Source: a bacterium (GTDB lineage: Bacteria; UBA8248). From it: a DNA stretch of 64,000 bases. Position 1 is the first letter of the stretch, and each line of letters begins with the position of its first letter. The notes below the pieces were generated by a model, which saw only the letters and a list, made by a program, of their open reading frames with translations, did no database searches and was not told where the DNA came from. The translations under genes were made by a program, and so were the position numbers. Positions 20,779 through 30,762 of this stretch are shown one piece after another. The DNA lies in the NCBI GenBank assembly GCA_965200245.1, contig CBDATS010000004.1:384001-448000 (forward strand), in the 5' to 3' direction.

Positions 20779-21948
20779 TTGAAGATCATCGGCATTCGCG
20801 AGACGGTGGTTCCCATCCAATCGGCCCTGAGAAACGCCTTCATCGATTTTTCCCTGATGACGGTGAGCGTCGTCGCCATCCTCACCGACATCGTGCGCGA
20901 CGGGAGGCGCGTCGTCGGCTTCGGCTTCAATTCGAACGGACGCTATGCTCAGCAGGGACTCTTGCGCGAACGCTTTATCCCCAGGCTCCGGGAGGCGCAG
21001 CCCGACTCGCTCTTGAACGAGGCGGGGTCGAACTTCGACCCTTCAAAGATATGGGACTGCATGATGAAGAACGAAAAGCCCGGCGGACACGGCGATCGCT
21101 CCGTCGCCGTGGGTATCATCGACATGGCGGTATGGGACATGGTAGCCAAGATCGAGGAAAAACCACTCTACCGCCACCTGGCGGATACCTACCGCGATGG
21201 AAAATGCGACGAGAAAGTGTCCGTCTACGCCGCCGGAGGCTATTACTATCCGGGAAAGGACCTGAAAACCCTCCAGAACGAGATGCGAAGCTATCTCGAT
21301 CGCGGCTACACCAGCGTCAAGATGAAGATAGGCGGTGAATCGCTTGATGACGACCGGAGGAGGATCGAGGCGGTGCTCGAAGTCGTGACCGAGGGGTGCA
21401 ACCTCGCGGTGGACGCCAACGGGAAATTCGATCTGGATACCGCTATCGCCTACGCGGAGGCGTTAGCGCCCTACAACCTGCATTGGTACGAAGAGGCGGG
21501 CGACCCGCTCGACCATGCCCTCCAGGCCGAACTCGCCCGGCATTACGACAAGCCCATGGCGACGGGAGAGAACCTCTTCTCCACCCAGGACGCGAGAAAC
21601 CTGATTCGCTACGCCGGGATGCGACCGGGCGTGGATATCCTGCAGTTCGACTGCGCGTTGAGCTACGGCCTGGTGGAGTACCTGAGAACGCTCGATATGG
21701 CGGCGGAACACGGCTGGTCGGCCCGCTCGTTCATCCCTCATGGCGGTCACCAACTCTCGCTCAACATTGCAGGCGGACTGGGTCTGGGGGGCAGCGAATC
21801 CTACCCCGATGTGTTCAAACCCTTCAACGGCTTCGCAGACGGCGTAGCGGTGGAAGACGGCTACGTCGGCTTCCCCGATCTGCCGGGTATCGGCATCGAA
21901 GACAAGGCGGCGCTCAAGGACGTGCTGAAAGAGTTGTCGGAGACATAG
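20779..21948 (+). CDS. tarD: Enolase superfamily (mandelate racemase subgroup), D-tartrate dehydratase-like
   Basis: GFNSNGRY, NEKPGGHG, YAAGGYY, KMKIGG, DANG, EE.GDP, TGEN, PHGGH, as I recall them from Bradyrhizobium D-tartrate dehydratase. Confidence 0.8.
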   Translation: MKIIGIRETVVPIQSALRNAFIDFSLMTVSVVAILTDIVRDGRRVVGFGFNSNGRYAQQGLLRERFIPRLREAQPDSLLNEAGSNFDPSKIWDCMMKNEKPGGHGDRSVAVGIIDMAVWDMVAKIEEKPLYRHLADTYRDGKCDEKVSVYAAGGYYYPGKDLKTLQNEMRSYLDRGYTSVKMKIGGESLDDDRRRIEAVLEVVTEGCNLAVDANGKFDLDTAIAYAEALAPYNLHWYEEAGDPLDHALQAELARHYDKPMATGENLFSTQDARNLIRYAGMRPGVDILQFDCALSYGLVEYLRTLDMAAEHGWSARSFIPHGGHQLSLNIAGGLGLGGSESYPDVFKPFNGFADGVAVEDGYVGFPDLPGIGIEDKAALKDVLKELSET

Positions 21949-22139
21949 CGAAGGCGATCACTTCGAATCGCTTCACATAACATAAAGGGTTGCATCATAC
22001 CTGAGAAGAAAATCGGAATGTGCTCCATCACGCAAGGCACATCCCAACTAACGGGAACTATATATCGGGGTTGGTGGACTCCGGATGCGCAATCACCGAC
22101 TGGGTCCGCCGGGCCATTACGACAACGCGTCATAACGGT

Positions 22140-23432
22140 TCACGACACCCGAACCGCGACGCGGTGCATCGTGTTGTTGAGGTATCCCTTCGGGTTCCAG
22201 TCGATGACGTGGGGCTGCATCACCCCTGCACTGTCGGTCGCCCGCGCCCAGATCTCGTAGTATCCGGCTTCTGGCAGCATGATGCGGGCGCGGAAATTTT
22301 GCCATGCACCATCGTTTACGGGAGCGTCCAGCGCCGCAGGCTTCCAGGTCTCGCCGAAGTCATAGGAGACGTCGACCGATGCGACCGTCCGGTCTCCCGA
22401 CCAAGCATGACCGCGCACCTCGACGGCACGCCCCGTTGTCGCCCCGTTCGCGGGGTGGGTGATCAGCGATTTTACTGGCATGCGCTCGATGATGACGAAA
22501 TCCTTCTCGTCCACCTTCTCGCCCGGCTCGATCCTGTATCGCGGCACACGGCAGGAGGCACCGGTCATCCTGGGGCCGTCGTGCACGACATCGCGAAGGC
22601 AGATTCGCCGGAGCCATTTCTGCGAACAAGACCCCGGCCAGCCGGGAACGACGAGCCGCAGCGGCGCCCCGTTCATCGGATGAATGGGGCCGCCATTCTG
22701 GCCAAAGGCAATGAGCACGCTCTCCGTCATCGCCTTGGTGATCGGTACGCCGCGCGAGATGGGCAGCTTGCCGGGCTTCCCGGAGAGGTCTCCGTCTGCG
22801 CCGACATGGGCGGTGTAAACGACGCCAGCCGCCGCCAGCACATCCTTGAGCCGCACGCCCGTCCACTCCGAACAGGCGACTGCCCCGTGGGTCTACTGGG
22901 TGCCCCTGACAGGTGGTTTGAAAAAGGCCCGCCCGTTGCCCCCGCATTCGATGACGAGGGCCATCGTGACGACCTCGAACCTCGATCGAAGTTCGGCGAT
23001 AGACAAGGTCATGGGGCGTTCCACCAGACCATCGACGGTGAGGGTCCAGGAATTCGCCGAAGCTTCCGCGGGCGGGACACCGTTGTTGCGAATGAAATGC
23101 CGGGATGTCGGGGTGATCGGGTCGTCAAGCAGGTAGGGCGGTGTTTCGGCGTTGATTGGCCGCTTGTTGAGTAGTTTCAGGCCATCTTTACCGACAAGCA
23201 CCTTCTCGTCGGCGAAAGCCGCCGGAATGAGCCCCGCTGGCATGTTGCGGTGAAACGGAATCGCTGCGCTCACCATCGTCGTCATGGCGGCAAGCCCGGC
23301 GCCCCGCAGAAAGCCTCGCCGATCAGTATGCGATTTGCGTCCGAAAAAGGCGCGATCCGCCGTCACTGGATCCTGGGCGAAGAATTCGTGAACATCCCGG
23401 GCCTCGGAAGATGCGGATTTTTCTTTTGGCAT
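22140..23432 (-). pseudogene. Tat-exported sulfite oxidase-family molybdoenzyme (SorA/SorT-like) with one in-frame TAG
   Basis: DRRGFL Tat motif, INAETP, HFIRNN, ECGGNGR (Mo-binding Cys). The two track ORFs join in frame as RGTQ*THGAVACSEWTGVRLKD, with TAG at 22893-22895 where W is conserved. Confidence 0.85.
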
Positions 23433-23481
23433 GGCGTCCTCCCTTGATGGGCAACCGTTGTCGGGAAAATCGAGCTCGAAT

Positions 23482-24486
23482 CTAGACGAACTCGGGCATC
23501 ACCTCCCTGGCGAAGCGCTCGAGTGTCCTCAGGACGAGTTCCTGGGGCATCCCCGGCCACTGCACACGAAACGCCATGTGGTCCACGCCCAGTTCGTCGC
23601 GGTGGCGTCTGATGTCCTCGGCCACATCCTCCGCCGATCCGATGAGAAACCTGTCGGAGCGCAACTCATCGAGCGGCATTCGCAGCGTGTCGCTCCTTGG
23701 TAACGCCTCGCTCTGGCCCCACTTCACGTAGACGTTGTATTTGACCGCCAGGTAATCCGCACACTCGCGAAAGGCGCTCTCCCTGTCCGCCCCGATGAAC
23801 ATCTCCTTGATCACGGGCGTCGCATCGGGCGCACCCTTGCCTGCGGCTTCGCGCTCGGTGTGGAACATTTCCATCTGGCGCTTCAGGGTGTCGAAATGCG
23901 CATGGGGATTCAGGAACCATGCCTCCCCCGTCCTCGCCGCACGTCTCACCGCGCCGTCGCCGTTCGCCGCTATCCAGATGGGGGGTCTGGGCTTTTGAAT
24001 GGACCGCATGGTGAGTTTCACGTCTTCCAGCTTTACCACCTCTCCTTCATAATCGAGTGTCCCGTCTTCCAGCAGGCGGGTGAGGGCTTCGAGTTTTTCC
24101 TCGAACGCCTTCACGCGATAGGGCTTTGTAAGGCCGAATGCGCGGTATTCGGGCTCGCGGTAGCCCAGCCCCACACCCAAGACGAAGCGTCCCTTCGTCA
24201 TAGCGTCGAGCGTGGCAACCTGCTCGGCCACGTCGACCGGATTGTGCAATGCGAGCAGCAGGATGCCCGTACCGACCGTCATATTTCCCGCATGGGCCGC
24301 TACCTGGGCGACGCTCGGCCAGGTCTGCATCATCCACACGCCTTCGGTAAGGTAGTGCTGGCCGCACCACACGCTGTGAAAACCCGAATCCCGGATGAGG
24401 CGCACCTGCTCCAGATGCTCTTCCCAGCGCTCGGCGGGATCATCCCCCAGAGCGTGCTGGTTCATCACGAACATGCCGAATTTCAT
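23482..24486 (-). CDS. LLM-class flavin-dependent oxidoreductase
   Basis: GFHSVWCGQHY, PVDVAEQVATLD..GRFVLGVGLGYR, PRPPIWIAA. Confidence 0.9.
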   Translation of the reverse strand: MKFGMFVMNQHALGDDPAERWEEHLEQVRLIRDSGFHSVWCGQHYLTEGVWMMQTWPSVAQVAAHAGNMTVGTGILLLALHNPVDVAEQVATLDAMTKGRFVLGVGLGYREPEYRAFGLTKPYRVKAFEEKLEALTRLLEDGTLDYEGEVVKLEDVKLTMRSIQKPRPPIWIAANGDGAVRRAARTGEAWFLNPHAHFDTLKRQMEMFHTEREAAGKGAPDATPVIKEMFIGADRESAFRECADYLAVKYNVYVKWGQSEALPRSDTLRMPLDELRSDRFLIGSAEDVAEDIRRHRDELGVDHMAFRVQWPGMPQELVLRTLERFAREVMPEFV

Positions 24487-24508
24487 GCTGCACCCCTCGT
24501 TTGTCCCG

Positions 24509-25414
24509 TCAATTTCTCGTTCCGAAATCAGCGGCCAGTGCGATCACCTTCTCCGCCGCCTCGACAACGGGATAGTCGATCATGCGCCCGCCGACGGAGA
24601 CACTCGCCTCCCCGCGCGCTGTCGCTTCCTCGAAAGCGACGACAACCTCGCGCGCCTTTTCGACCTCCTCTTTCGTCGGAGTGAAGGCGAGGTTCACGAC
24701 TTCCACCTGTCTGGGGTGGATACAGAACTTGCCGAACATGCCGAGTGCGCGGCACCGATCGGCACTCGCGGCGAGACCCTCCTGGTCGTCCAGGGCAATC
24801 CAGACCGTATCAAGCGGCTTCTCAAGTGCCGCGCTACGCGAGGCCACCGCAATGCGCGAGCGCGGATAGTCGAAAATGAACTCGTCACGCGGCCATTCGA
24901 CATCCAGATCATTGGTATAGTCCCCCGCCCCGAAGGCGAGTTGGAAGCGACGCTCACCCGTATCGGCAGAGGCGATGGTGAAGGCGTTTTCCACGCCCCT
25001 TGCGTTTTCGATGATGGCGAGCAGATGAATGCCTCCTGCTTCGCAACCAGTCTCTTTCTCCGCATCACGGATCAGCCGATCCGCAGCGAGTATCTGACCA
25101 GGATTCTCCGCCTTTGGCAGCACGATTCCCCGGAGTGAAGGCCCCACCACCGCCGCAATGTCCTCAGGACCACAGGCAATGGAAAAGCCCGTCACGTCAT
25201 CAAGCGGATTTACGCGCACGAAGACGTCTGCCCCGTCTTCTTCATCTATCGTTTTCACTGCCGTCGCGAGCGCGTCGCGTGTGGAGGCTTTCTCATCTGC
25301 GGGTACGGCATCTTCCAGGTCCAGAACGACGGCGTCCGCTCCGACCTTGCCCACTTTCGCCAGCATTCTCTCCCTGTTCCCGGGAGCGAAAAGAATCGTC
25401 CGGTAGAGTTTCAT
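24509..25414 (-). CDS. CitE/malyl-CoA lyase-like CoA-ester lyase
   Basis: LFAPG, DAVVLDLEDAV, VRVN, LPK, IIE, FGAGDY, GKFCIHPRQV, MIDYPV. Confidence 0.9.
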   Translation of the reverse strand: MKLYRTILFAPGNRERMLAKVGKVGADAVVLDLEDAVPADEKASTRDALATAVKTIDEEDGADVFVRVNPLDDVTGFSIACGPEDIAAVVGPSLRGIVLPKAENPGQILAADRLIRDAEKETGCEAGGIHLLAIIENARGVENAFTIASADTGERRFQLAFGAGDYTNDLDVEWPRDEFIFDYPRSRIAVASRSAALEKPLDTVWIALDDQEGLAASADRCRALGMFGKFCIHPRQVEVVNLAFTPTKEEVEKAREVVVAFEEATARGEASVSVGGRMIDYPVVEAAEKVIALAADFGTRN

Positions 25415-25623
25415 GAATATCTCCTTCTCGTTCATCGTCTCAAGTGATGTGCTTTTACCCCTGATGGCGGCACTTGCCAAGCCGGGGAATCCTTCAGGGA
25501 GACCTGTCCGGTGGGGACCAATGGTTGGCGACGCTTCGAAAAGAATATCCGCCTTCGTTTCGGCGCGTAGGCGGATGGAATATAATCGCCCGAAACCAAC
25601 GGAATTTTTTCTGGAGCACTCTC

Positions 25624-27297
25624 ATGAATCCCGACGAACTGCTGCACCGTCCCATTACGGAACTCGCTTCTCTCATCGAAGGCGGTGAGGCGAAGCCGAG
25701 CGAGGTACTGGAAAGTCACATTGCCAGAATCGAGAACCTGGACTCGACCATAAACGCCTTCACGAGAACCACCTTCGAACTCGCCAGGGAACAGGCGGAG
25801 CACCTCGATTCCGAACTCAACAGCGGAAAATACCGTGGACCGCTCCACGGGATACCCGTCGCGCTCAAGGACCTGTTCGACCTCGAAGGTCACCCCACCA
25901 CGGCGGGCAGCAGGATTCCAGGCAAAACCACCGCGAGCGAGACGGCGGAGTCCGTGCGCAGGCTCATTGATGCGGGTGCGGTGATAATCGGAAAGACGAA
26001 CTTGCAGGAATTCGCGCGCGGCGGTACAGGGACGAACAGCGCATTCGGTCCGGCGCGAAACCCCTGGAACCTCGAACACACCCCTGGGGGAAGCAGCAGT
26101 GGTTCGGCCGCCTGCGTGGCGGCAGGGATGGCGGCGGCTGCGCTCGGTTCCGACACGGGCGGTTCAGTGCGCCTGCCCGCTTCTTTTTGCAACCTGGTGG
26201 GCATCCGCTCCACCTACGGCCGTGTAAGCAGAGCAGGTGCCGTACCGCTGGGACTAAGCTTCGACAACGTGGGTCCCCTCGCCCGCACGGTGGAAGACGC
26301 CGCCCTTATCCTGCAGACCATCGCCGGTCCCGACCCCAAGGACCCGACGACGGGAACCGGGCCCGCACCTGATTTTTTGGAGACCATGAGCGAAGGTGTG
26401 CATGGCATGACGCTGGGCGTGGCAACCAACCACTTCTGGCCGGGAGAAGATCCGGAAACAGAGGCCATCGTACGCGAGGCCATCGCGAGTTTCGAGAAAC
26501 TGGGAGCGAGCCTCGTGGAAGTGGAAATCCCCTGGGCGCGGCTCGGCCAGGTCGCCTACGCCGCGACGGTAGGGCCCGAGGGTGCAGAATACCACCGGAA
26601 ATATCTGGAAAAATTCCGAGACGGATATATCTCACCCGGAGCGGATTTTTTCGAGTACAGCCTCTTCATTCCGGGCTGGCGCTACGTGCAGGCGCAAAAG
26701 GCGAGAACCTTCTTCATCAGACAGGCGGCGGAAGCCTTCAGGAAAGTGGACGCCGTACTGACGCCCACCGTCACCATAGCGCCCCCCACTATCGCAGATT
26801 GTCTCGACGGCATGAAGATGTGGGCGATAGTGAGCGACAACACGGCGGCTTTCAGCACCATCGGCAACCCAGTGCTTCAGGTTCCGTGCGGCTTTACGAA
26901 ACAGCACCTGCCCGTCGGCCTTCAGATAGCGGGCAGATGGGGGGATGAGGCACGTTTGTTCCGAATCGGCAAGGCGCTAGAGGTCGAAAATCCGCTCTGG
27001 CGGTTGCGCCCGCCCGAGGTCGACGAGCAACCGACTCCCGAACCGCTGCCGGAAGCGTCCGTTTCACTCCCACAGGCAGAATCTGACGCCGATGCCGCCG
27101 CCCACATTCTCGCCATGTCGAAAACCATGGGCTACCGGATCGATGAGGATAAAATCGCGCCGGATGCGCTTGCGCGGGGCGTATCGAGCATGCTCGCGGG
27201 ACTCGGGCAATTGGACAGCCTCGACCTCGACAACTGCGAACGCGCGGAGACGCTCAATCTCCTGGAGATGGATTTCGACTCGATTCCGCCTCCGTGA
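25624..27297 (+). CDS. Amidase-signature enzyme with C-terminal extension
   Basis: LHGIPVALKD, PGGSSSGSA, GSDTGGSVR, LPVGLQI. About 100 extra C-terminal residues including a Pro/Glu-rich linker. Confidence 0.9.
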   Translation: MNPDELLHRPITELASLIEGGEAKPSEVLESHIARIENLDSTINAFTRTTFELAREQAEHLDSELNSGKYRGPLHGIPVALKDLFDLEGHPTTAGSRIPGKTTASETAESVRRLIDAGAVIIGKTNLQEFARGGTGTNSAFGPARNPWNLEHTPGGSSSGSAACVAAGMAAAALGSDTGGSVRLPASFCNLVGIRSTYGRVSRAGAVPLGLSFDNVGPLARTVEDAALILQTIAGPDPKDPTTGTGPAPDFLETMSEGVHGMTLGVATNHFWPGEDPETEAIVREAIASFEKLGASLVEVEIPWARLGQVAYAATVGPEGAEYHRKYLEKFRDGYISPGADFFEYSLFIPGWRYVQAQKARTFFIRQAAEAFRKVDAVLTPTVTIAPPTIADCLDGMKMWAIVSDNTAAFSTIGNPVLQVPCGFTKQHLPVGLQIAGRWGDEARLFRIGKALEVENPLWRLRPPEVDEQPTPEPLPEASVSLPQAESDADAAAHILAMSKTMGYRIDEDKIAPDALARGVSSMLAGLGQLDSLDLDNCERAETLNLLEMDFDSIPPP

Positions 27298-27304
27298 TAG
27301 AGGC

Positions 27305-28429
27305 CTAATCCGGCTTTATCAGGACTTTCAGGCACTCTCCCGTGCCTGTGACCTCGATGCCTGCCTGCACCTGGGAAAGCGGCAGGCGGTGAGTGAAGAT
27401 GTCGTCTATCGGAAGCGTCGTCCTCAGGAGCATGTCCATCGCGGGCTCGAACTGCACCTGCGGATACGCCCATGAGCCGCAGATGTCCACATCCTTGTTA
27501 CACACCTGGTGGGGCATGATCTCCACCCCGCCCGGATCACCGTAGTGACCCACTTCCACCAGTTTCCCGCCCCTTCGGACGATGTCCAGCCCCTCGGCGA
27601 AGGCCGCGGGAACGCCTGCCGCCTCGACAACCACGTCCGGCCCCACACCGTCCGTCCAGGAGAGAATTTGCTCTTTTCTTTCCTCTTGCGTAAGCGCCGA
27701 CAGGCTCACCGTTTTCGTGGCGCCGAATTTTCTGGAGAACGCGAGCCTTTCTTTCGTCATGTCCACTGCGATGATGTCGCCCGCGCCCATCATCCGAAGG
27801 GCAGCCACCACGAGCAACCCGATGGGGCCCACGCCCATGACAACGCACCGCGCGCCTGCACCAAACCCCTCCCCTGCGTAGGGGATGCCCGGCGAGAGCG
27901 AACGCCCCGCCGCCCTTTGGGCCACCGCCAGGGGTTCGCAGAGCGTAGCCCGCTCGAGCGAGAGGCCCTCGGGCAGTTTCAGCACGAAGGAGTTTCCGGG
28001 AATGTACATGTATTCCGAATACGCCCCGAAAAGATGCGGTACCTCTCCCGAGGAGCGGAACCCGAACACCGTGCGGTTCGGGCACAACTGGGGCCGGTGC
28101 GGCACGTGAACGCAGAACCAGCATTTGCCGCACGCCTGGCTGCCCGGCGTCACGGTGATGGCGTCGCCCTCCTTGATGGGACCACCCACTGTTTTCATGT
28201 TCGAATTCGCCAGCGGCCCCATCTTTTCGATGATTCCGCTGAACTCGTGCCCCGGAATCACCGGCCACGTCACGTTCAGTTTGCCCCCGTACATGTGCTT
28301 GTCCGAACCGCAGACACCCACGGCGGCCACCTTCATCAACAGGGCGTCGTCCTCAATCTCGGGCATGGGATATTCGCGCAGGGCGATCTCGCCCGGCTGT
28401 AGAATCGTAGCGGCCTGAACGGTGGACAT
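27305..28429 (-). CDS. Zn-dependent alcohol/polyol dehydrogenase (MDR)
   Basis: GVCGSD, GHEF, CGKCWFC..C structural Zn site, GVGPIG. Confidence 0.9.
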   Translation of the reverse strand: MSTVQAATILQPGEIALREYPMPEIEDDALLMKVAAVGVCGSDKHMYGGKLNVTWPVIPGHEFSGIIEKMGPLANSNMKTVGGPIKEGDAITVTPGSQACGKCWFCVHVPHRPQLCPNRTVFGFRSSGEVPHLFGAYSEYMYIPGNSFVLKLPEGLSLERATLCEPLAVAQRAAGRSLSPGIPYAGEGFGAGARCVVMGVGPIGLLVVAALRMMGAGDIIAVDMTKERLAFSRKFGATKTVSLSALTQEERKEQILSWTDGVGPDVVVEAAGVPAAFAEGLDIVRRGGKLVEVGHYGDPGGVEIMPHQVCNKDVDICGSWAYPQVQFEPAMDMLLRTTLPIDDIFTHRLPLSQVQAGIEVTGTGECLKVLIKPD

Positions 28430-28580
28430 TGAATCCATCTCCTCGAAATGACGGCTGTGCGCCCGGGAAAAACGGCGCGAGACTCTCTGGATGTTGTTAT
28501 GAGCGCTACTTTAGCGTATCTCTGATTCGCGCCACAATGAACGAAGTGGAAGCACTCCCCGAATCTGTTGAGGAACGTCC

Positions 28581-29444
28581 ATGCCACTTGAGAAGACGCT
28601 TGCCATCTTCGGCTATCCCCTGGGGCATACGCTCTCGCCCGTCATGCACAACGCGGCAGCGCACGCACTGGGGCTGCCCTATCGCTTCACGGCCTACGAG
28701 GTGCACCCGGATCGTTACGAGGAGGCGGTACGCGGCGCAAGCGCGATGGGTTTCGCGGGTTTTTGCGTCACCATCCCCCACAAAGTGGCCACATTCAGTC
28801 TGGTGGATGATTTGAGCGAGGACGCGAGACTCATGGGCGCAGTAAACATGGTGACCTTCGAGAACGACGGCAAACTCAAGGGGCACAACACGGACGGTTC
28901 AGGCTGGCTCCGCTCCCTGCAGGAGGAAACGGGTGTTTCACCCGAAGGGAAAAGATGCCTGTTGCTGGGCGCGGGCGGAGCCGCGCGAGCCATCGCCATC
29001 AAGCTCGCACAAACGGGGGCGGCGCACATTGAGATTCGAAACCGCACGGCGGAAAAGGCGATATCGCTGGCGCGCGAGGTGAAATCCCACTTTCCGGAAA
29101 TCGAAATCAGCGGAGGGGGCCTTGAGAAACTTGAATCCGCCGCCCGTGGGCGGGATATTATCGTCAACACGACCAGCCTGGGGATGACCGGGGACAAGAC
29201 TCGGGAGGCGGCCTGCTGCCTGCCCGAACAGTTCATACCGCCTGAGAGCATCTGTGCGGACGCGGTCTACAACCCGCTCGACACCCCCTTTCTGAAAGCC
29301 GCCCGCCGTAAAGGGGCACGTACCGTCTCGGGCATCGGCTGGCTTTTGCATCAGGGGGCCCTGGGCTGGGAACTTTGGACCGGCACGCAGATGCCCATCG
29401 ATCATGTGCACGAGAAGATGCTCGAGGCGCTTCAGAACCGATAG
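28581..29444 (+). CDS. aroE: Shikimate dehydrogenase family
   Basis: HTLSPVMHN, VTIPHK, GAVN, NTDG, GAGGAARA, NR, NTTSLGM, VYNP. Confidence 0.9.
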   Translation: MPLEKTLAIFGYPLGHTLSPVMHNAAAHALGLPYRFTAYEVHPDRYEEAVRGASAMGFAGFCVTIPHKVATFSLVDDLSEDARLMGAVNMVTFENDGKLKGHNTDGSGWLRSLQEETGVSPEGKRCLLLGAGGAARAIAIKLAQTGAAHIEIRNRTAEKAISLAREVKSHFPEIEISGGGLEKLESAARGRDIIVNTTSLGMTGDKTREAACCLPEQFIPPESICADAVYNPLDTPFLKAARRKGARTVSGIGWLLHQGALGWELWTGTQMPIDHVHEKMLEALQNR

Positions 29445-29477
29445 TATCCACTTGAGACAGGGAGCCTGAGAAATTCC

Positions 29478-30668
29478 ATGAGTATGCCGCTTGAGGGGAT
29501 TCGCGTCCTCGATCTTTCCAGAATTCTGGCGGGTCCGTTCTGCACCATGATGCTCGGTGATATGGGGGCGGAGGTCATCAAAGTCGAAAACCCTGTCGGC
29601 GGAGACGACACGCGCGGCTGGCCCCCTTTTTATGACGGAGGCGAGAGCAGCTACTTCCAGTCCGTGAACCGCAACAAGAAAAGTCTCACGCTGAACCTGA
29701 AAGCCGGGGAAGGAAAGTCGATCCTGACGGCACTCGTCGAGAAATCGGACATCCTCATCCAGAACTTTCGACCCGGCGCCATCGAACGCCTCGGTTTCGA
29801 CTGGGATACCTGCCATTCCCTCAACCCCCGCCTCATCTATGCCAGCGTCTCGGGCTACGGCCAGAGCGGCCCCTCAAAGGAGAGACCCGCCTACGACATT
29901 CTCTTGCAGGGCGAAGGCGGGCTCATGAGCATAACGGGTGCGGAGGGAGGCGGCGGCTTCAAGACGGGCATCGCCATCGCCGATCTCACCACCGCCATGT
30001 TCGCAACCCAGGGAATTCTGCTCGCCATCATCGCCCGCGAGAAAACGGGCAAGGGTCAATACGTCGATACCGCCATTCAGGACGGACAGGCGGCGCTCAT
30101 GAGCCACGCCGCGGGCAACTTTTTCGCTACGGGAAACCTGCCCGGACGGTTGGGGAACCGCCACCCGAGCATCGCGCCGTATCGCGATTTTCCCTGCTCG
30201 GACGGGGAACTCATCGTGGCGGCTGCAAACGACTCCCTGTGGCAGCGCTTCGCCCGCGCCATCGGCAGAACCGACCTAGCGGACGACCCAAAATGGACCA
30301 CGAACGCGGCGCGCGTATCGGGACGCGATGAACTGGAAGCCGAGATTGAACAGACCATGCAGGCCAAAACCCGCGCGGAATGGGCCGAAATCGTATCGGA
30401 CGCAGGCGTACCCTGCGGACCAGTGCGGACGATAGAGGAATTGTGTGCGGACCCGCAGATCCATCACCGCGAGATGGTCGTCGAGATGGAGCATGCGAAA
30501 ACCGGCATCCTGAAAGTGATGGGCAACCCCATGAAGCTCTCGGATACACCCGGCAAACTCCGCCTGCCCCCTCCCATGCTGGGCGAGCATACAGAAGATG
30601 TCCTCTCCGGCTTGCTCGGCAAGTCGAGTGCGGAAATCGCCGCGCTGAAAGACAGGGGCGTCGTCTAG
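29478..30668 (+). CDS. Family III CoA-transferase (CaiB/BaiF)
   Basis: PLEGIRVLDL, AGPFC, NRNKKS, NFRPG, PPMLGEHT. Confidence 0.95.
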   Translation: MSMPLEGIRVLDLSRILAGPFCTMMLGDMGAEVIKVENPVGGDDTRGWPPFYDGGESSYFQSVNRNKKSLTLNLKAGEGKSILTALVEKSDILIQNFRPGAIERLGFDWDTCHSLNPRLIYASVSGYGQSGPSKERPAYDILLQGEGGLMSITGAEGGGGFKTGIAIADLTTAMFATQGILLAIIAREKTGKGQYVDTAIQDGQAALMSHAAGNFFATGNLPGRLGNRHPSIAPYRDFPCSDGELIVAAANDSLWQRFARAIGRTDLADDPKWTTNAARVSGRDELEAEIEQTMQAKTRAEWAEIVSDAGVPCGPVRTIEELCADPQIHHREMVVEMEHAKTGILKVMGNPMKLSDTPGKLRLPPPMLGEHTEDVLSGLLGKSSAEIAALKDRGVV

Positions 30669-30762
30669 CTCGCACGAGAGGACAAGCCTTGTCAGACGCT
30701 ACGCTCGCCGATAGGATGCAGGAGAAATCGCGGACATTACTCAACATAACCGGAGAAGCGTC

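Noticed and set aside
22893-22895. TAG as pyrrolysine
   Set aside because: It replaces a conserved Trp (one transition from TGG), this is not a known Pyl family, and there are no pyl genes in the window.
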